Shown: positions 48,241 through 61,661, counted from the first letter of the stretch. The stretch is 64,000 nucleotides of DNA from Raja brachyura (GCA_963514005.1 OY740784.1:73966001-74030000); one strand, 5' to 3'. The notes: generated from the sequence alone by a model not told the origin. Program-made: numbers and translations.

Positions 48241-51200
48241 ATCCTCCTGCCTCTACTCCTACTGAATAGCGATATGGCTAGGAAATGTTTAGAGGGATAT
48301 GTGGGATTAGGAGGTGGGACTAGTGTCGATAGGGCATCTTGGTTGGCATGGGCAAATTGGGCCGAAGGGCCTGTTTCGGTGCTGAATGACTTTGACTACT
48401 CCAGCGCCTAGCCCTGCCTGTAACCCTGCTTCTACGCTTCCTCCTATATCTCCCCTTGCTCCTACTCCCGCTCCCGTGTTCTTGTGTGTCGAGGGATACT
48501 GGAGAAATGGATATAAATGGCCTCACATTTTAACCAGAGAATAGACACAAAATGCTGGAGTAACTCAGCGGGACAGGCAGCATCTCTGTAGAGATGGAAT
48601 AGTGACGTTGCGGGTCGAGACCCTTTTTCACATTGACCCATTCCTTCTCTCCAGAGATGCTGCCTGTCCCGCAGTAACTCCAACATTCTGAATATATCTT
48701 CAGTGTACACCAGCAACTGGTCCCTTCACATTTTAACCCTTTCGATATTCAATAACTGCGAGAACGTTTACGTCATTTTCACATAAGTGGGTGGTGGGGG
48801 GGGGGAGGGGGGGGGGGGGTAGTAGACATAAAGGCTCCATTTGGACACAAAAGGCCACAGATGCTGGAATCTGGAGCAATACCTAACTGCTTTTTTTTTC
48901 AAATATGTCTTTCAAAATTGTGTCTACCTCTAAATGGAAGGAGAGTTCCAGAGATTCACTGCCCTCTGCAACTATTAATTGCTGGAGGAACTGTAATGAG
49001 CAGCATTTAGGAGGGGGGGGGGGGGGGGGGGGATGGGACAACCTGCAGCAGGACCAAGAGAGACGGGGGAAAGGGAAGGGAGAAGGCGAGATATGGACCA
49101 GTGGCTAATAAGTAGCCTGTGGATGGGAGACCTTTGACGGGAAGATGAAGCCATATGGGGAGGGGGAGGGGTTAAGTTGGGAGACAGATGTGCGTGGATA
49201 CAGGCAATGTGCAAGAGGATGCGTGGAGGCAAGTGGAGGGAGAAGAGGGTGAAGCTGCAGACAGAGGCCAGACGGTGACAAGCGACCACACAAAGACTGG
49301 AAATTGTAAACTGATAAGTAAAGAAGGTGATAATGGGGAGAGGTGAAAAGCAGATGGAACTAGATGATGAGGGGACCCTGTGCATGGGACTATGTGGATG
49401 GAACCAGGAAAGGGGAAGGAGGAGCCTAAAGAATTAATGAGGGGGCTGAGGGTGTGTATGGGAAAGCCTAAGATAGCCATACAATGCAAGAGTAACTCAG
49501 CCGACCAGGCAGCATCTCGGGAGAAAAGGATTAGGTGACCTGTTGGTTCAGTTCAGTTTAATTTTGTTTATTAAGTCAAAGTCAAACAAACTTTATTGTC
49601 ATTTAGAAATACATTGATATATGCAGTTCCAAACAAAATTACGTTGCATTTGGCTCCCTGTGCAACTCAATAAATTAACAGAAGGATAGGCATGGATGAA
49701 AAGGATAAAAGGATAAATAGACAACGGTGGCAGCCCATTACATGGCATTCAGGAGTCTGATGGCTCGTGGGAAGAAGCTGTTGCAGAACCTTGATGTTCT
49801 GCTCCTTATGCTGCGATATCTTTTTCACGAGGGTAGCAGAGTGAACAGACCGTGATGGAGATGTGTGGGGTCTTTTATAATACTGCTGGCCTTAGACACG
49901 CAACGTTTGGTCGCAATATCCCCGATTGAGGGGAGAGAGGTCCCGATGATTTTTTCCGCTGTCCTCACCACTCTCTGCACAGACTTCCAGTCGGAGGCTC
50001 TACAGTCCCCAAACCAGACAGAGATACAGCTGGTCAGAATACTCTCTATTGTCATGTGTACTGAGATGCAGTAAAAAGCTTTTGTTGCGTGCTATTCTGT
50101 CAGCGGAAAGATAATACATTGATTACAATGGAGCCATTTACAGTGTGTAGATACATGATAAGGGAATAACATTTAGTGCAAGGTAAAGCCAGAAAAATCC
50201 GTTCAAGGATAGTTTGGGGGTCACCAATGAAATAGATAGTGGTTCAGTACAGCTTCAGTCTGAAGAAGGGTCTTGACCCAAAAACATCACCTATTTCTTT
50301 ATCCAGCGATGCTGCCTGACCCGCTGAATTACTGCAGTATTTTATGATCATCTTCGGTGTAAACCAGCATCTGCACTTCATTCCTCCGCACTTGTTTTAA
50401 ACCTGCATGTTCTGGTATTTTAAGTTGAATTTCTATGAAAGCCCCTATCGGAGTCTTCTACATTGTGGGCCTACATAGATGTAATTTATTGCTTACATGG
50501 TCACTGGATCGGTAGCACACGTTTCTCTGTTCCCCCACTCCTGGTGAAAGTTTTAACTCAAAAGGTTAACTGCTTCTCACTCCAGGGGTGCTGCCTGAAC
50601 TGCTGAGTATTGCCAGCATTTCATATTTTAATTTCAGATTTTCAGAGTGTGCAGATTTTTAACTTTTTCATGACATATTTTGAAAAATCACTTATTTTCA
50701 ATATTTGACTGCATTTCATTAACCTTCTCAGATAAAGTTGAACTAAAATGGCCCAGGCCTGGGCCAAGATCCTTGGGTCAGGTACCCATCCAATTCCCTT
50801 TTTAAAGATTAAAAAAAAACAGTGAATACTAGAAATATGAAGTCTAGAAATTGATTGAGAAAGGGTTGACTAACATTTCCACCACCCATATAGGCAGTAA
50901 ATCTTAGAACATAACGTTGCTCTAAATATATATGTTTGTCCCTGACATTCCTATTCTCTCTTTTGCCTATAGTGAGACATTGAAACAGCATGGAAACAGA
51001 CCCTTCAGCCCAACTTGCCCCTGCCGACCAAGATGCCCCATCTGCACCAGTCCCACCTGCCTATGTTTGGCCAATATCCCTCTAAAGTTTTCCTGTACGT
51101 GTACCTTTCCTATCCAACCTGACTTTTTAAATTTTGTTGTAGTACCTGCCTTAACTATTGCCTGTCAGCTCCTTCTGGATACACACCATCATCTGTGTGG

Positions 51201-54200
51201 AAAAAGTTGCCCCAGAACCCTATTAAATCTTCCCCATCTCCCCTTAATCCTATGTCCCCCGGTTCTTGATTTCCCCAACTTTGGGTAAAATACTCTGTGC
51301 TTTCACCCCATCCAATCCCCTCAAGATCTTATACACATTTAAAAGATCACCCCTCAGTCTCATGTGCTCCAAGGATTAAAGGCCTGGTCTGCCCATCCTT
51401 TCCATATAGCTCATGCCCTCAGGTGGAACATCCTCGTAAATCTTTTTGTAAATATTACATTGGTGCCCTGATCCTTGAGCCTTCCATGATTAAATGACTC
51501 ATGACTGATTGAATTGAAAGACACAGCATGGAAACAGGACCTTCGGCTCACTGAGTCCACACCAACCATCGGTCACCGGTTCAGACTAGTTCTCATTTTT
51601 GCACATGAAAAAATAATCAAAGAAAGATGCAAAAGTTAGAAACCTGAAACCAAAACTGAAAATGCTGGAAGCAGTCAATGGTTCAGACCGCATCTGTTGA
51701 AAGGGAACAAAAAGTAATGTTTCAAGTCAGACACTTCTTCAGAACTAAGAAGCTGAGAGGACGTTAAACTGCAGTGAGACTGGGAAAGGGAGGGAAAAGA
51801 CAAAGAGAATATCTCTGACAGAATTATAGAATAGTTATAGCAGAGAATGCGGCTATTTGACCCATTGTGTCTGTGCCAATTATCCATCAGAGGTGGTAGC
51901 TGGTTCCACCTCCTGGCCTCTTTGTATTTTTGCAAATTTTAACAGCAACATGTATTGATCCAATTCCCTCTCAAAGGCCACAGTGGAACCCTCCCCACCA
52001 CAAACACACACTGCCAGCGCCTTCTGGATTCCAACCACATACTGGGTGATAAATCATTTCCGCACCAGAGGAGTTGCTGTGTGGACAAACTGTTGACAAA
52101 TACGTGGTTCATTGATTAATGATAGCAATTACAGAAAGACCACAAACAAACGGTGCAGCGGATAAAGGTGCAGCCTCAAGACGCCACAGACCCGGGTTCA
52201 ACTCTTTTGTGGAGTTTGCACAGTCTTCCGGTGACTGCATGGGTTTCCTCCGGGTGTTCCGGTTTCCTACCATGTCCTAAAGATAAGCGAGTTTGGTATT
52301 CCAAAAAATGCAAGGAATCATGGGATTTGTCAAAGTCATTCGAGAAAAAAAAATGTGAATGGGGTGCCAGATAGCGGGAGAGCGGGGTGTAACAGCGAGA
52401 GAGAAGAGGCATATGCAAATGGGAGACAGGGGGAGAGACTGGACCAGCGGGGAGATGGTGATAGGTAGGGGAAAGAGGGGGGTGAAAGATGTGCATGTTT
52501 GTGTTTTGCTCACAGATGTGTTTAGTTTAACATTCCGTGGGGAGTGCCGGGGTTTGCACATCAGTTGACACGGCAATGTCCCCCAATCCCTCCCTCCAGT
52601 CCGGGGTGGGGGGGGACGGGAGAGTGGAGGGATTGTCCTAGTGCCGGGGAATTCTTGCGGAGACGGGGTGTCCAGGACCTGCAGTGAAGCCGCGATAGCG
52701 AGTTCCTCTCTCCCCGCTGCCTCGCCTTTACCCGTGGCCAGGTGTCGCTCTGTTGGAAGGAACTGCAGATGCTGGTTTACAGTGAAGGTAGACACAACGT
52801 GCTGGAGTAACTCAGCGGGACAGGCAGCATCTTTGGAGAAAAGCAATAGGTGACTGTTCGGGTCGAGACCCTTCTCCAGAGATGTTGCCTCCTGACCCGC
52901 TGAGTTATTGCAGTATTTTGTGCGAATCCCCATTGATGACTGGTGCTCGGTTTTCGCCTGCACCGAGGGGGTTAACCAACAGCCACTGGATAAGACGCGA
53001 GGTGCAGCAGATGGTCCACGGCTCTTCGGGGAACGGGTTCCTCGGGAGTTGGAGCAGAGTTGATCTGGAGATAGCCCTGGCTGTCAGCCTGGGGCCGCCT
53101 CTACTCCGGGCCGGTGTCCCATCACCCCGGACATCTCCGGCCCTTCTCCATGACTGGGATGGGACACTCGGGAGGGGATGGGGACCATAGTGAGATCACC
53201 CATTCGTGCTTGTTCTACATTATCTAATTCCAGTAGCAATTCAACAGCGCTTGCAGTGTGGGAGACCCAGGTGCAATCCTGACTACGGATGAATCACAGG
53301 TCTGTTAACATGCAGCAGTTTAGCTGCCGAAAATGTTTATCGCAAATTACCTATGATCTGGGCATGTGCAGTCGAAATACTGAACTCCCTTATTGACCTC
53401 TGCAATACCCCTAGTGTGTAGAAAGTGGACGAGTGTGTGGAATAACACATACATGTGATTGGGTGATCGGTCAGCGAGGATTTGGTGAGCCAAAGGTACT
53501 GTTTCCATGCTGTATTTTTCAATCAATCAAAAAAAGGAACATAAATCCTGTGGTAGACAAACATGCTGGAGAAGTGAGGCAGCATCTATGGAGCAAAGGA
53601 ATTAGGCAACGTTTTGGGTCTAAACCCATCTTCAGACTGGTGGGGGTGGGGGGACGGAAAAAAGAAAGGAAGAGGAGGAGCCAGAGGGCTGAGGGAGAGT
53701 TGAGAAGGGGAGAAAGTAGGGACTAACTGAAATTAGAGAAGTCAATGTTCATACCGCTGGGGTAGAAACTGCCCAAGCGAAATATGAGGTGCTGCTCCTC
53801 CAAGTTACGGTGGTCCTCACCCTGGTCAGAGTGAGGACCACCGTAAATGCTGCCTCACCCGCTGAGTTTCTCCAGCATTTTTGTCTACCTTCGATTTTCC
53901 AGCATCTGCAGTTCCTTCTTAAAACGCAAATCCTGTAGTGCATTTGGAACTACAGGAAACGGTGGCGTCAGTGTGACCTCTGACAAGATATCCTCATCAT
54001 ATGGCAACCCTTACCTCGTGTGACCAGAGACATTCCCTTTACCCTGTACATGTTGCTGCCGATGTTTATTTCAACATCTTTGCCCTCCTTACCCTCGGAA
54101 CTTATATCGGACTTGCTTTTCTTCTAAATTTCCAGTTAGGCCTTCGACCTACATATTTTACTGGTTCTTGTACCGCAGCCTGGTCACAGCCTGGCCTGCT

Positions 54201-54894
54201 GATTGTTTCCAGCATTATCTGTTTGGGATCTTACACCGGGGCGGCACAGTGGCGTAGCGATGCAGTCACCGCATTACAGTGTCAGAGACTGGGGTTTGAT
54301 CCTAACTACGGGTAATGTCTGTATGGAGTTTGCACATTCTCCCTGTGGTCGCATAGGTTTTCTCCAGGTGCTCCGTTTTCCACTCATATTCCAAAGGCGT
54401 GCAGATTTATAGGTTAATTGGCTTCTACGGGGTTGCACATAAGGTCATCGAGTCAAAGGGTGTGACGCACGGAGCAGCTCAATTAATGTGGAGGCCATGG
54501 TGGCCTCGGTATACACTATTAACACACGAAACACGTACTTTCTTTCCTGTTAAAAAACGCCAAAATGATCCTTTTGTGCGCTGTAAATAATTGTGGGTGC
54601 TGTCATTGAAAGCGGGAAGGTATCATGTTTAAACTGGTGTTATCTCATGGTGTAGCATATTTTACAATCCACGACTAAAGCCACATTCCTTGTCGTGTCC
54701 ATCCAGCACCATCTCGATGAGCCTTCGCTAAATAAAGCAAAATCAAAGTCAGAGCAATATTGTGGGGGGGTTTTTTTGGTGACCGAGTGCTCAGAACCAA
54801 ATGCTCTGGTATCTTTGCTCTGAACCCGAGCACCAAGGTGTAAGCAGCCGAAGGAGCGCATCCCCCACACTCCTCCCCCCGGTAGGCGATAAAA

Positions 54895-55626
54895 GAAGCT
54901 ACACAGTTTATTTTTATATTAAAACTTGGTTTTTAGGAAGGCTTTAATCACATTTTCATGTTGTGAAAAGGGGACAAAAAACATGTATGAACCGGCTGTA
55001 TTTTTCATACCGACTTCACCACAAACCGCAATGTTCCAATCCACCGTATTCCACTAAAACCCGCTCGCTAGTTGATTTAAATGGCCATTAATTTACAGAC
55101 ATTAAACACTAAATTCCTTCCATTTGGCCTATAAATTCATGAAAATGAGATTTAAAAATTATGTTATATTGTGGATTATTGTGTGAATGTTATTTGGACA
55201 CTTAGGCAATTTAGTAAAAGTTTATCTTTTCTTAAGAAATGGATAGATGTTTAGATCTACTCATTGAATTTTGTAATTAGCTACAATTAGATGAACTAAT
55301 TATATGCTTTAATTTCAGGTCATCCAAGTAAGATTGTTTCATATTTGTTTCAGAATGCTTCAATCTATAATAACTGAAAATTTCATTGAGTTCTCTTAAT
55401 TTTTAAGAATGTTATGGGCTTTTGACTGTTCGAGATCACAGCTTTTGAGTTAAGTCAATTGAAAAGCAATGGGTAATTTCAGAGTATGAAAATGGTCATA
55501 ACTTTCTTAATACTGAAGATATGACAGTGAATTAGGTGTCAAATTAAACTTGTTTTTATGCTTTATCTGATGGGATAAATTGCAGACTTGATTTTTAAAA
55601 TCTCAAAATTTTGTAACATTGCTACT
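54895..55626 (-). mobile_element. Partial copy of an AT-rich non-autonomous interspersed repeat, inverted relative to 57960-58962
   Basis: Ends ..ttttgtaacattgctac and aligns in reverse complement to about 57960-58670. Confidence 0.75.
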
Positions 55627-55831
55627 GTGTGGCCACACTGTCAGCGGCTGTGGGTCGGCAGCGCCCACACATGGGGCCGGGTGGAGCGGGGCTGGGTGGA
55701 GCGGTGCCGGGCGGAGCGGTGCCGGGTGAGGTGGGGCCGTGGCCCTGGGCAACATCAGCTGCAGCAGAGTTGGGGACGTCTGCTCCCTCCTCCCACCCAG
55801 CGTCACTGACCGCGCTGCACCGACACTCCGA

Positions 55832-56080
55832 CCTCTTCCTTCCCCCCCCCCCTTCTCCTCTTCCTTCCCCCCCCCCCCCTTCTCCTCCTCCTTCCCCCCC
55901 CCCTCCTCCTCCTCCTCCCTCCTTCCCCCCCCTTCCTCCTCCCTCCTTCCCCCCCCTCCTCCTCCTCCCCTCCCCCCCCTCCTCCTCCCCCTCCTCCTCC
56001 CCCCCCCCCCTTCTCCTCCTCCTCCTCCCCCCCCCTTCTCCTCCTCCTCCACCCCCCCCCCCCCACCTTCTCCTCCTCCC
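55832..56080. repeat. Polypyrimidine/polypurine (CCT/poly-C) low-complexity tract
   Basis: About 250 nt that are almost entirely C/T on the + strand. Confidence 0.95.
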
Positions 56081-56859
56081 TAGCCGCAGGGATAGACGGC
56101 CCGGGGTCCGCAAGTGTGCAACCAGTCCGGATGCTGGGCCAGAAGAAGGGCCCGCTGTGCAGGCAACCATAGCAAATGCTTACCTGCAGTTCACAGCTTG
56201 TACTCCAGTTGGCGTTGCGTGGCAACAGTGCGGGTCACGAGTCGTGGCCTCGACTGCGTGCAACCTCCCTATAAAAGTGTCCCTCCCGAGCTGCCTCGGC
56301 CGCGACGCGTGCCTAAGGCTCGTCGGCCGGAGACCAGGAAGCTGCCCCAAGCCTTGTCGCAACTCCACCCAAGGCTCGCGGTCAGGGGGAACTCGTCTGA
56401 ACGCTCATCGGCCGGCGGAATTGGGACCTCGTCCAAAAGCTTGTCAGTCGGCGGGACGGGAACCCGCTCGAAGGCTCGGCAGACAATGTTAGCGAGAGGG
56501 AGCAGGAGTAGTCGGCCGCAAGGCGCCAAGATCGATGGGAGGGTGAACCGGGGTCATGCCTCCAGCGCCTACAGAGTACAGATAGGCTGTAGTACCCCAG
56601 GACACAAAGATGGCCTGGCATGAAGCGGGGCGTCCATTGCGGGATTCTCATGTGTTATTAGGCCTCTGCCCAGTTTCCAGGGTTAATATGCGACAGCGTC
56701 TCGGCGGTATGCGGTTCTCCCTCTCAACCCTCTCTGGAACCTGAATTGGTAATTGCATTGAACCATTTAGACGGAAATAATGGACAGACTGTTTAACCCG
56801 ACTCGAGCGACAGTAACAAAACAGCAAATGTGGCAAGCTGCAGCCTCGGCTAGGCGCTG

Positions 56860-56898
56860 AGTATTTGATCTGGGCTCCCGCGGCGTTGTGTCACTGTG
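56860..56898 (-). other. 23-RSS of V7 (divergent nonamer)
   Basis: CACAGTG + 23 nt + TCAAATACT. Confidence 0.85.
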
Positions 56899-57338
56899 CT
56901 CTTCCAATGAGCACAGTAGTAGACCCCCGCGTCGCTCTCGGCGATGTCTCTGATATCCAACAGGCTCGCCTTTTCCTTCAACAGGTTCTCAGCGAAGAAT
57001 TTGTCGTCGAAGCCCGGGTCCCTGACTGGTTCGGATTTCACACTGATGTAAAGGATGCGCTGAATGCCTCCGCTCACGGCCTTTCGGTACCAATGCACCT
57101 CAAGTGTCTCGAAATCATTCGTGTCAATGACGCAGCGAAAGCGTGCCGTCTTCCCTTTGGATCTGGTGATGGATGCTTTTCGCTGGAGCAGAGACTGGGA
57201 ATGGCAGCAACCTGTTGAATGAATACCGCAGTTACAACCGACCTTTGGATAACATGAACCTTAAAATGATCCAAACCTGAACTACATACAGAAGGAGAAG
57301 GCCAGGAGCAGCAACGGCGCTGCTATCCCCGCACGCAT
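56899..57338 (-). CDS. TRGV: TCR gamma V segment V7 (leader exon 57290-57338, V exon 56899-57211)
   Basis: Leader MRAGIAAPLLLLAFSF, donor T|GTATGT, acceptor ttcaacag|GT. Hand translation gives an open frame longer than the ORF track shows: QSLLQRKASITRSKGKTARFRC..VHWYRK..QRILY..DAGVYYCAHWK. Confidence 0.91.
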
Positions 57339-57959
57339 GGCTCCGCTTTACCGCTCAACTGAATGGATTCGATGCAATGGCTGGTTCGTGGAAATTAAGC
57401 GGATAACGTCTGCGCACTCCTGCTGTCGCCAGATCTGTCGGCTTTAAACCGACTGCGGGAGACGTTGAAATATTTCCGCCCTGACGTGGTTAGCACTGTT
57501 GACTAACAACGAACAGGTCCCGCGGACTCCGTTTTGATCTCAACGCTGCTGAAATGAATGCAGGTGAACCGTTTCCAATTGGCGCGCATGATCCCGGAAG
57601 CAGAGGTGCGTCAAACGCTTGGTTAGCGATTAATCTGTGCAAGAACTTCATTGGTTCTTCCAGTAAACCCATGGGGTCCCAATCCACCTTCTTGCGAATT
57701 ATTCAACGCCAAAGATTCATGCAAACAATGACCATGGGCGATTGAAATAATTTCACAAGAGATATTAGCTTTCTCACCGACGGTGGATGAGCCTCAGCCG
57801 TGTGTATGGTGGCACAGGAATTCCATTCCCATCACCTGCCCTCTTAAATCTCACCACCAGCTGATCCACTCCCGCCTTTAGAACCACGAGTTTGGACAGC
57901 TGATTGACTCTATTTTCAGATCAACCGTGAGCCGCCTGGGGCGTTTCGCCTTACTAAAA

Positions 57960-58962
57960 TGTAGCAATATTACAAAATTTTGAGATTTTAAAAATCAAGT
58001 CTGCAATTTATCCCATCAGATAAAGCTTAAAAAGAAGTTTAATTTGACACCTAATTCACTTTCATATCTTCAGTATTAAAAAGGTTATGGCCATTTGCAT
58101 ACTCGGAAATTAGCAACTTGTTTCCTATTGCTTTTCTATTGACAACACAAAAGTTGTGATCGAGGACAGTCAAAGCCCATAACCTTCTTACAAATTAAGA
58201 GAACTAAAAGCAATTTCCAGTTATTGAGGTATTCTGAAACAAATATGAAACAATCTTACTTGGATGACCTGAAATTAAAGCATATAATTAGTTAGTTACC
58301 CAAATGTAGCTAATTACAAAATTCAATTACTGGATCTCAACATCTATCCATTTCTTAAGGAAAAAAAAATGTAAAGCCTAAGTGTCCAATTAACATTCAC
58401 ACAATAATTCACAATATAACATGATTTTTAAATTGAAGGAATTTAGTGTTTAACGCCCATAAACTAATGGGCATTTTAAACAGCTTGCAAGTGGGATTTT
58501 CTGGAACGCGATGGTTTGGAACGTTGCGGTTGTGGTGAATTTAAACCCAATATTGGCAGGAAAAATTCTGCCGGTTCGTATGGGGACTAAATCACCGTTT
58601 CGCAACGTTAAAGTTTGATTAAGGTAATCTAAAAAAGCAGGTTTATATGTAAAAATAAACAGCTTTCACTTACCTGTCCCCTACGTAAAATCGGTCCCCG
58701 TTGTCGGCGTTCACGGCATTAGGAGCTAATTTTTATTTTACTCCAGCGCTGAAATAGTTGGGCTATTTATAAAATAAAATTAACTTACCAGCAGTCGGAA
58801 CGAATCTCCAGAAATAGATCGCACTCCGAGAAAATAAAGCTCCGGATGGCAAGGGGAAAACCGCATTTTAACGCCGCCCTCCCCCTTAAAGGTGCCAAAG
58901 TCACGCACATGGCCAGTGACAGAACTGCAGCACCGCTAAAGGTAAGTTATGTAACATACCTA
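57960..58962 (+). mobile_element. About 1-kb non-autonomous element with imperfect terminal inverted repeats
   Basis: Starts gtagcaatattacaaaa and ends ttatgtaacataccta; no coding capacity; family not identified. Confidence 0.65.
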
Positions 58963-59079
58963 TAAAATGGGCGTTTATTTTTCAGCATATGAGTTTGCAT
59001 TGAGAGCACAGTTATCAGCATTTAAAAAAAAAAGTGGATTCTCGTATTTTGGTTTTGGCTAAAGACCCCTAGGTTATAA

Positions 59080-59370
59080 CTAGCAGCACCAGTCCTTTAT
59101 CATTGCAGAGAGCGTCAAACCTTTTGTGGTTGCCGTATTTTGGTATGATCTTCTTCAGGTCCTCACTACACAAAGTGTCAAAAACCATTCAAAAAGGCAG
59201 TGAGCAAACTTGGAATTCTCTTGCTATGAAGATCATGTATATCGTTTCATACCATTTACAGAAACCACACTGATTATCTGGAATAGGCTTCCCTCAAGGA
59301 GAGTGATCAGTCCGTTCAGCAGGACTCTTGCAAGAATGTTACCAGCTGCCAAGAGTAAAGAAATCTAACC
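59080..59370 (-). mobile_element. Ancient RTE-like LINE RT remnant
   Basis: Minus-strand peptide traces ISLLLAAGNILARVLLNGL, NQCGFC, MIFIAR, FDTL..KIIPKYG. Confidence 0.6.
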
Positions 59371-60924
59371 CATTAATCCAGACTAATCCATTGACATAAA
59401 TTGATACCATTAACCAGCTCATATTTTCGTTCATCTTATTTTCCACGGTATCTGCTGGATGTTAAAAAGCAGCCTGAAATAGGGAAATTCTGCAAAACCT
59501 AATTTCCATTTTCCTTGGTGAAATTCATGAACACCTTACTGCAGCTTAATTCACAATTCACGGGGTTAAGTGTGCCTAAGAAAAGGTCTGAAGCACTAAT
59601 TCCATTTATCTTCATAGATAGATGCTGCCTTGCCTATTGCATTCTAAACATAGTCTGTGTTTTTTGTGGGATCACCAGAAATATTTTTGCATCAGTGCAC
59701 TCGGAAACTTTAGGGGAAGAACTGGAAACGGACGGGAATGACTGCCCTGTAAATAAAGCACATTTCCTTCATTGACACAAAAGGCTGGAGTAACTCAGCG
59801 GGTCAGACAGCAACACAGGAGACAAAGGAATAGGCAACGTTTCGGGTCCAGACCCACCATTGTCACAGGTTCACAATCCTGGAGCTATCTTCCTTGCAAC
59901 ATTTCGCAAAGAGACACAAACGATTACACATGCCGTCAGCGGGTCAGGCAAATCTGTGGAGAGAAATGGAGAGCCAACATTTCAGGTCGAACCCCTTTCC
60001 ATAGACTGTGAAAGAGTCTCGTCGAGTGTCCATCTGCCTTCACCTAACTGCCAGGTTCCTCCAGCAGCCAGTATTTAAGCTGATGAAGGCATCAAGGAAA
60101 ACGGGTCTGTGGGCATCAAATGGTCCAGTGGTTAGAGTCCTATCTTGCACAAAGTAAAATGGTTGTGGTTGTCAAAAATCACTGATTGTACCCTGTGACT
60201 GCATGTGTTTTCTCCAGGTACTCGGATTTATTCCCACATTCCAAAGACATGCAGGTTTGTAGGTTAATTGGCTTCTCTAAATAGTGTTCCTAGTGTGTAA
60301 GATAGAAGCAGTATGTGGGTCAGTGCGGACTCATTGGGCCATAAGGTCTATTTCCACGATGTATGTCTAAACACTATTTATAAATATTTATGCTATTCGA
60401 TTTCCCAATCTCTGCTAAGTCCGACTGTATCCATATAGTGGCCAGACACTTACCTAGACAACCCAAATATGGCCAGTGAGAAGATTGGTATCCAACTAAT
60501 CTCCCCATACCCCAAATATTTCCACCATAGACAAGCCACATGTATATCATGGAGTCATATGCTGCACTCTGTATCTTTTACTGTGCTCTACCTATTGTAT
60601 TCGAGTTTGGCTTAACTGTATTTATATATAGTACGAGACTAAGTGGGTCAGCATCACATGGGAGGGCTGGTCCCCCAACGCAATATTCCACCTCTCCACC
60701 AATTCCAATATTGGTGGCCAGTGTGGGGGGGGGGGAGGGTGTGTTCTGGAGCGTTAGTATGGGTGTTGTGGGCTGAAGGGACTGGTTTACAGAGGGCTAG
60801 TATGGACATTGTGGGCCGAATGGATTCTTGGGCTGGCGGCTCAGTCACTCAAGCCTGTTGTGCTGGCAGCTCACTCACTCCTGGTGGGCTGGCAGTTGAC
60901 TCACGGCTATTCATTGAAATTCCA

Positions 60925-61090
60925 TTTCAAGCAGGGTGCAAGGCCACCAAATTCAAGTGCAGTTTCTTACCACTTAAAGCTGGGTACAAAGCCACCAAAT
61001 TCAAGTGCAGTTTCATACCACTTCTAGCAGGGTGCAAGGCCACCGAATTCAAGTGCTGTTTCATACCATTTCAACAGGGTGCAAGGCCAC
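60925..61090. repeat. 48-bp tandem repeat, about 3.5 copies
   Basis: gcagggtgcaaggccaccaaattcaagtgcagtttcataccac.. recurs at 60931, 60979, 61027 and about 61074. Confidence 0.9.
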
Positions 61091-61421
61091 TAAGGACAGT
61101 GAGTCGTGACCTCTCCCTCCTCCATCTTGCAGAGACTGAGCCACGCCCACACTTCTGGGTTTTATATTCCCTCCCCTCCTCCCACCAGAAGGGGTGTGGC
61201 CTTCATGGCGTGATTGACAGGAGAGAGAATCTCAACATTTTTAAAAACACTAATAACGCTTTTATTTTTCATCGATGGGAAAAATCCTTCTCACCTGACG
61301 AGCGGAGGGGGACTCTGAGTAAGATGGCCAAAAATCACAGTCGTACATGATAGCGTTATATCTAAAATCAAAATAAAGCGCAAACAGGAAGTGGTCAAGA
61401 TTAGACTCTTAATTATATAGA

Positions 61422-61661
61422 AGGCAAGGCAACTTTAATTAGGCATGGCAACTTTAATTAGGCAAGGCAACTTTCATTAGGCAACACAGCTTTAGCATTT
61501 CCAAACCAAAGGCAACACAGCTTTAGCATTTCCAAACCAAAGGCAACACCGCTTTAGCAATTCCAAACCAAAGGCAACACAGCTTTAGCATTTCCAAACC
61601 AAAGGCAACACAGCTTTAGCATTTCCAAACCAAAGGCAACACAGCTTTAGCATTTCCAAAC
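61422..61661. repeat. 19-bp x3 and 31-bp x6 tandem repeats
   Basis: aggcaaggcaactttaatt x3; ggcaacacagctttagcatttccaaaccaaa at 61480, 61511, 61542, 61573, 61604, 61635. Confidence 0.95.

Noticed and set aside
55603-56492. Long Pro-rich and Gly/Glu-rich ORFs
   Set aside because: Products of the CCT/poly-C low-complexity tract; no domain signature.
1943-57338. Immunoglobulin light-chain or IgH cluster
   Set aside because: Multiple divergent V families with no interspersed D/J/C (chondrichthyan Ig genes are V-(D)-J-C clusters), no promoter octamer, and TRGV-type motifs.
60643-61350. 235-aa ORF with repeated GCKATKFKC motif
   Set aside because: Translation of the 48-bp minisatellite inside a non-autonomous repeat.
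61479-61661. 31-bp repeat x6 as a CRISPR array
   Set aside because: Head-to-tail repeats with no unique spacers, no cas genes, vertebrate context.
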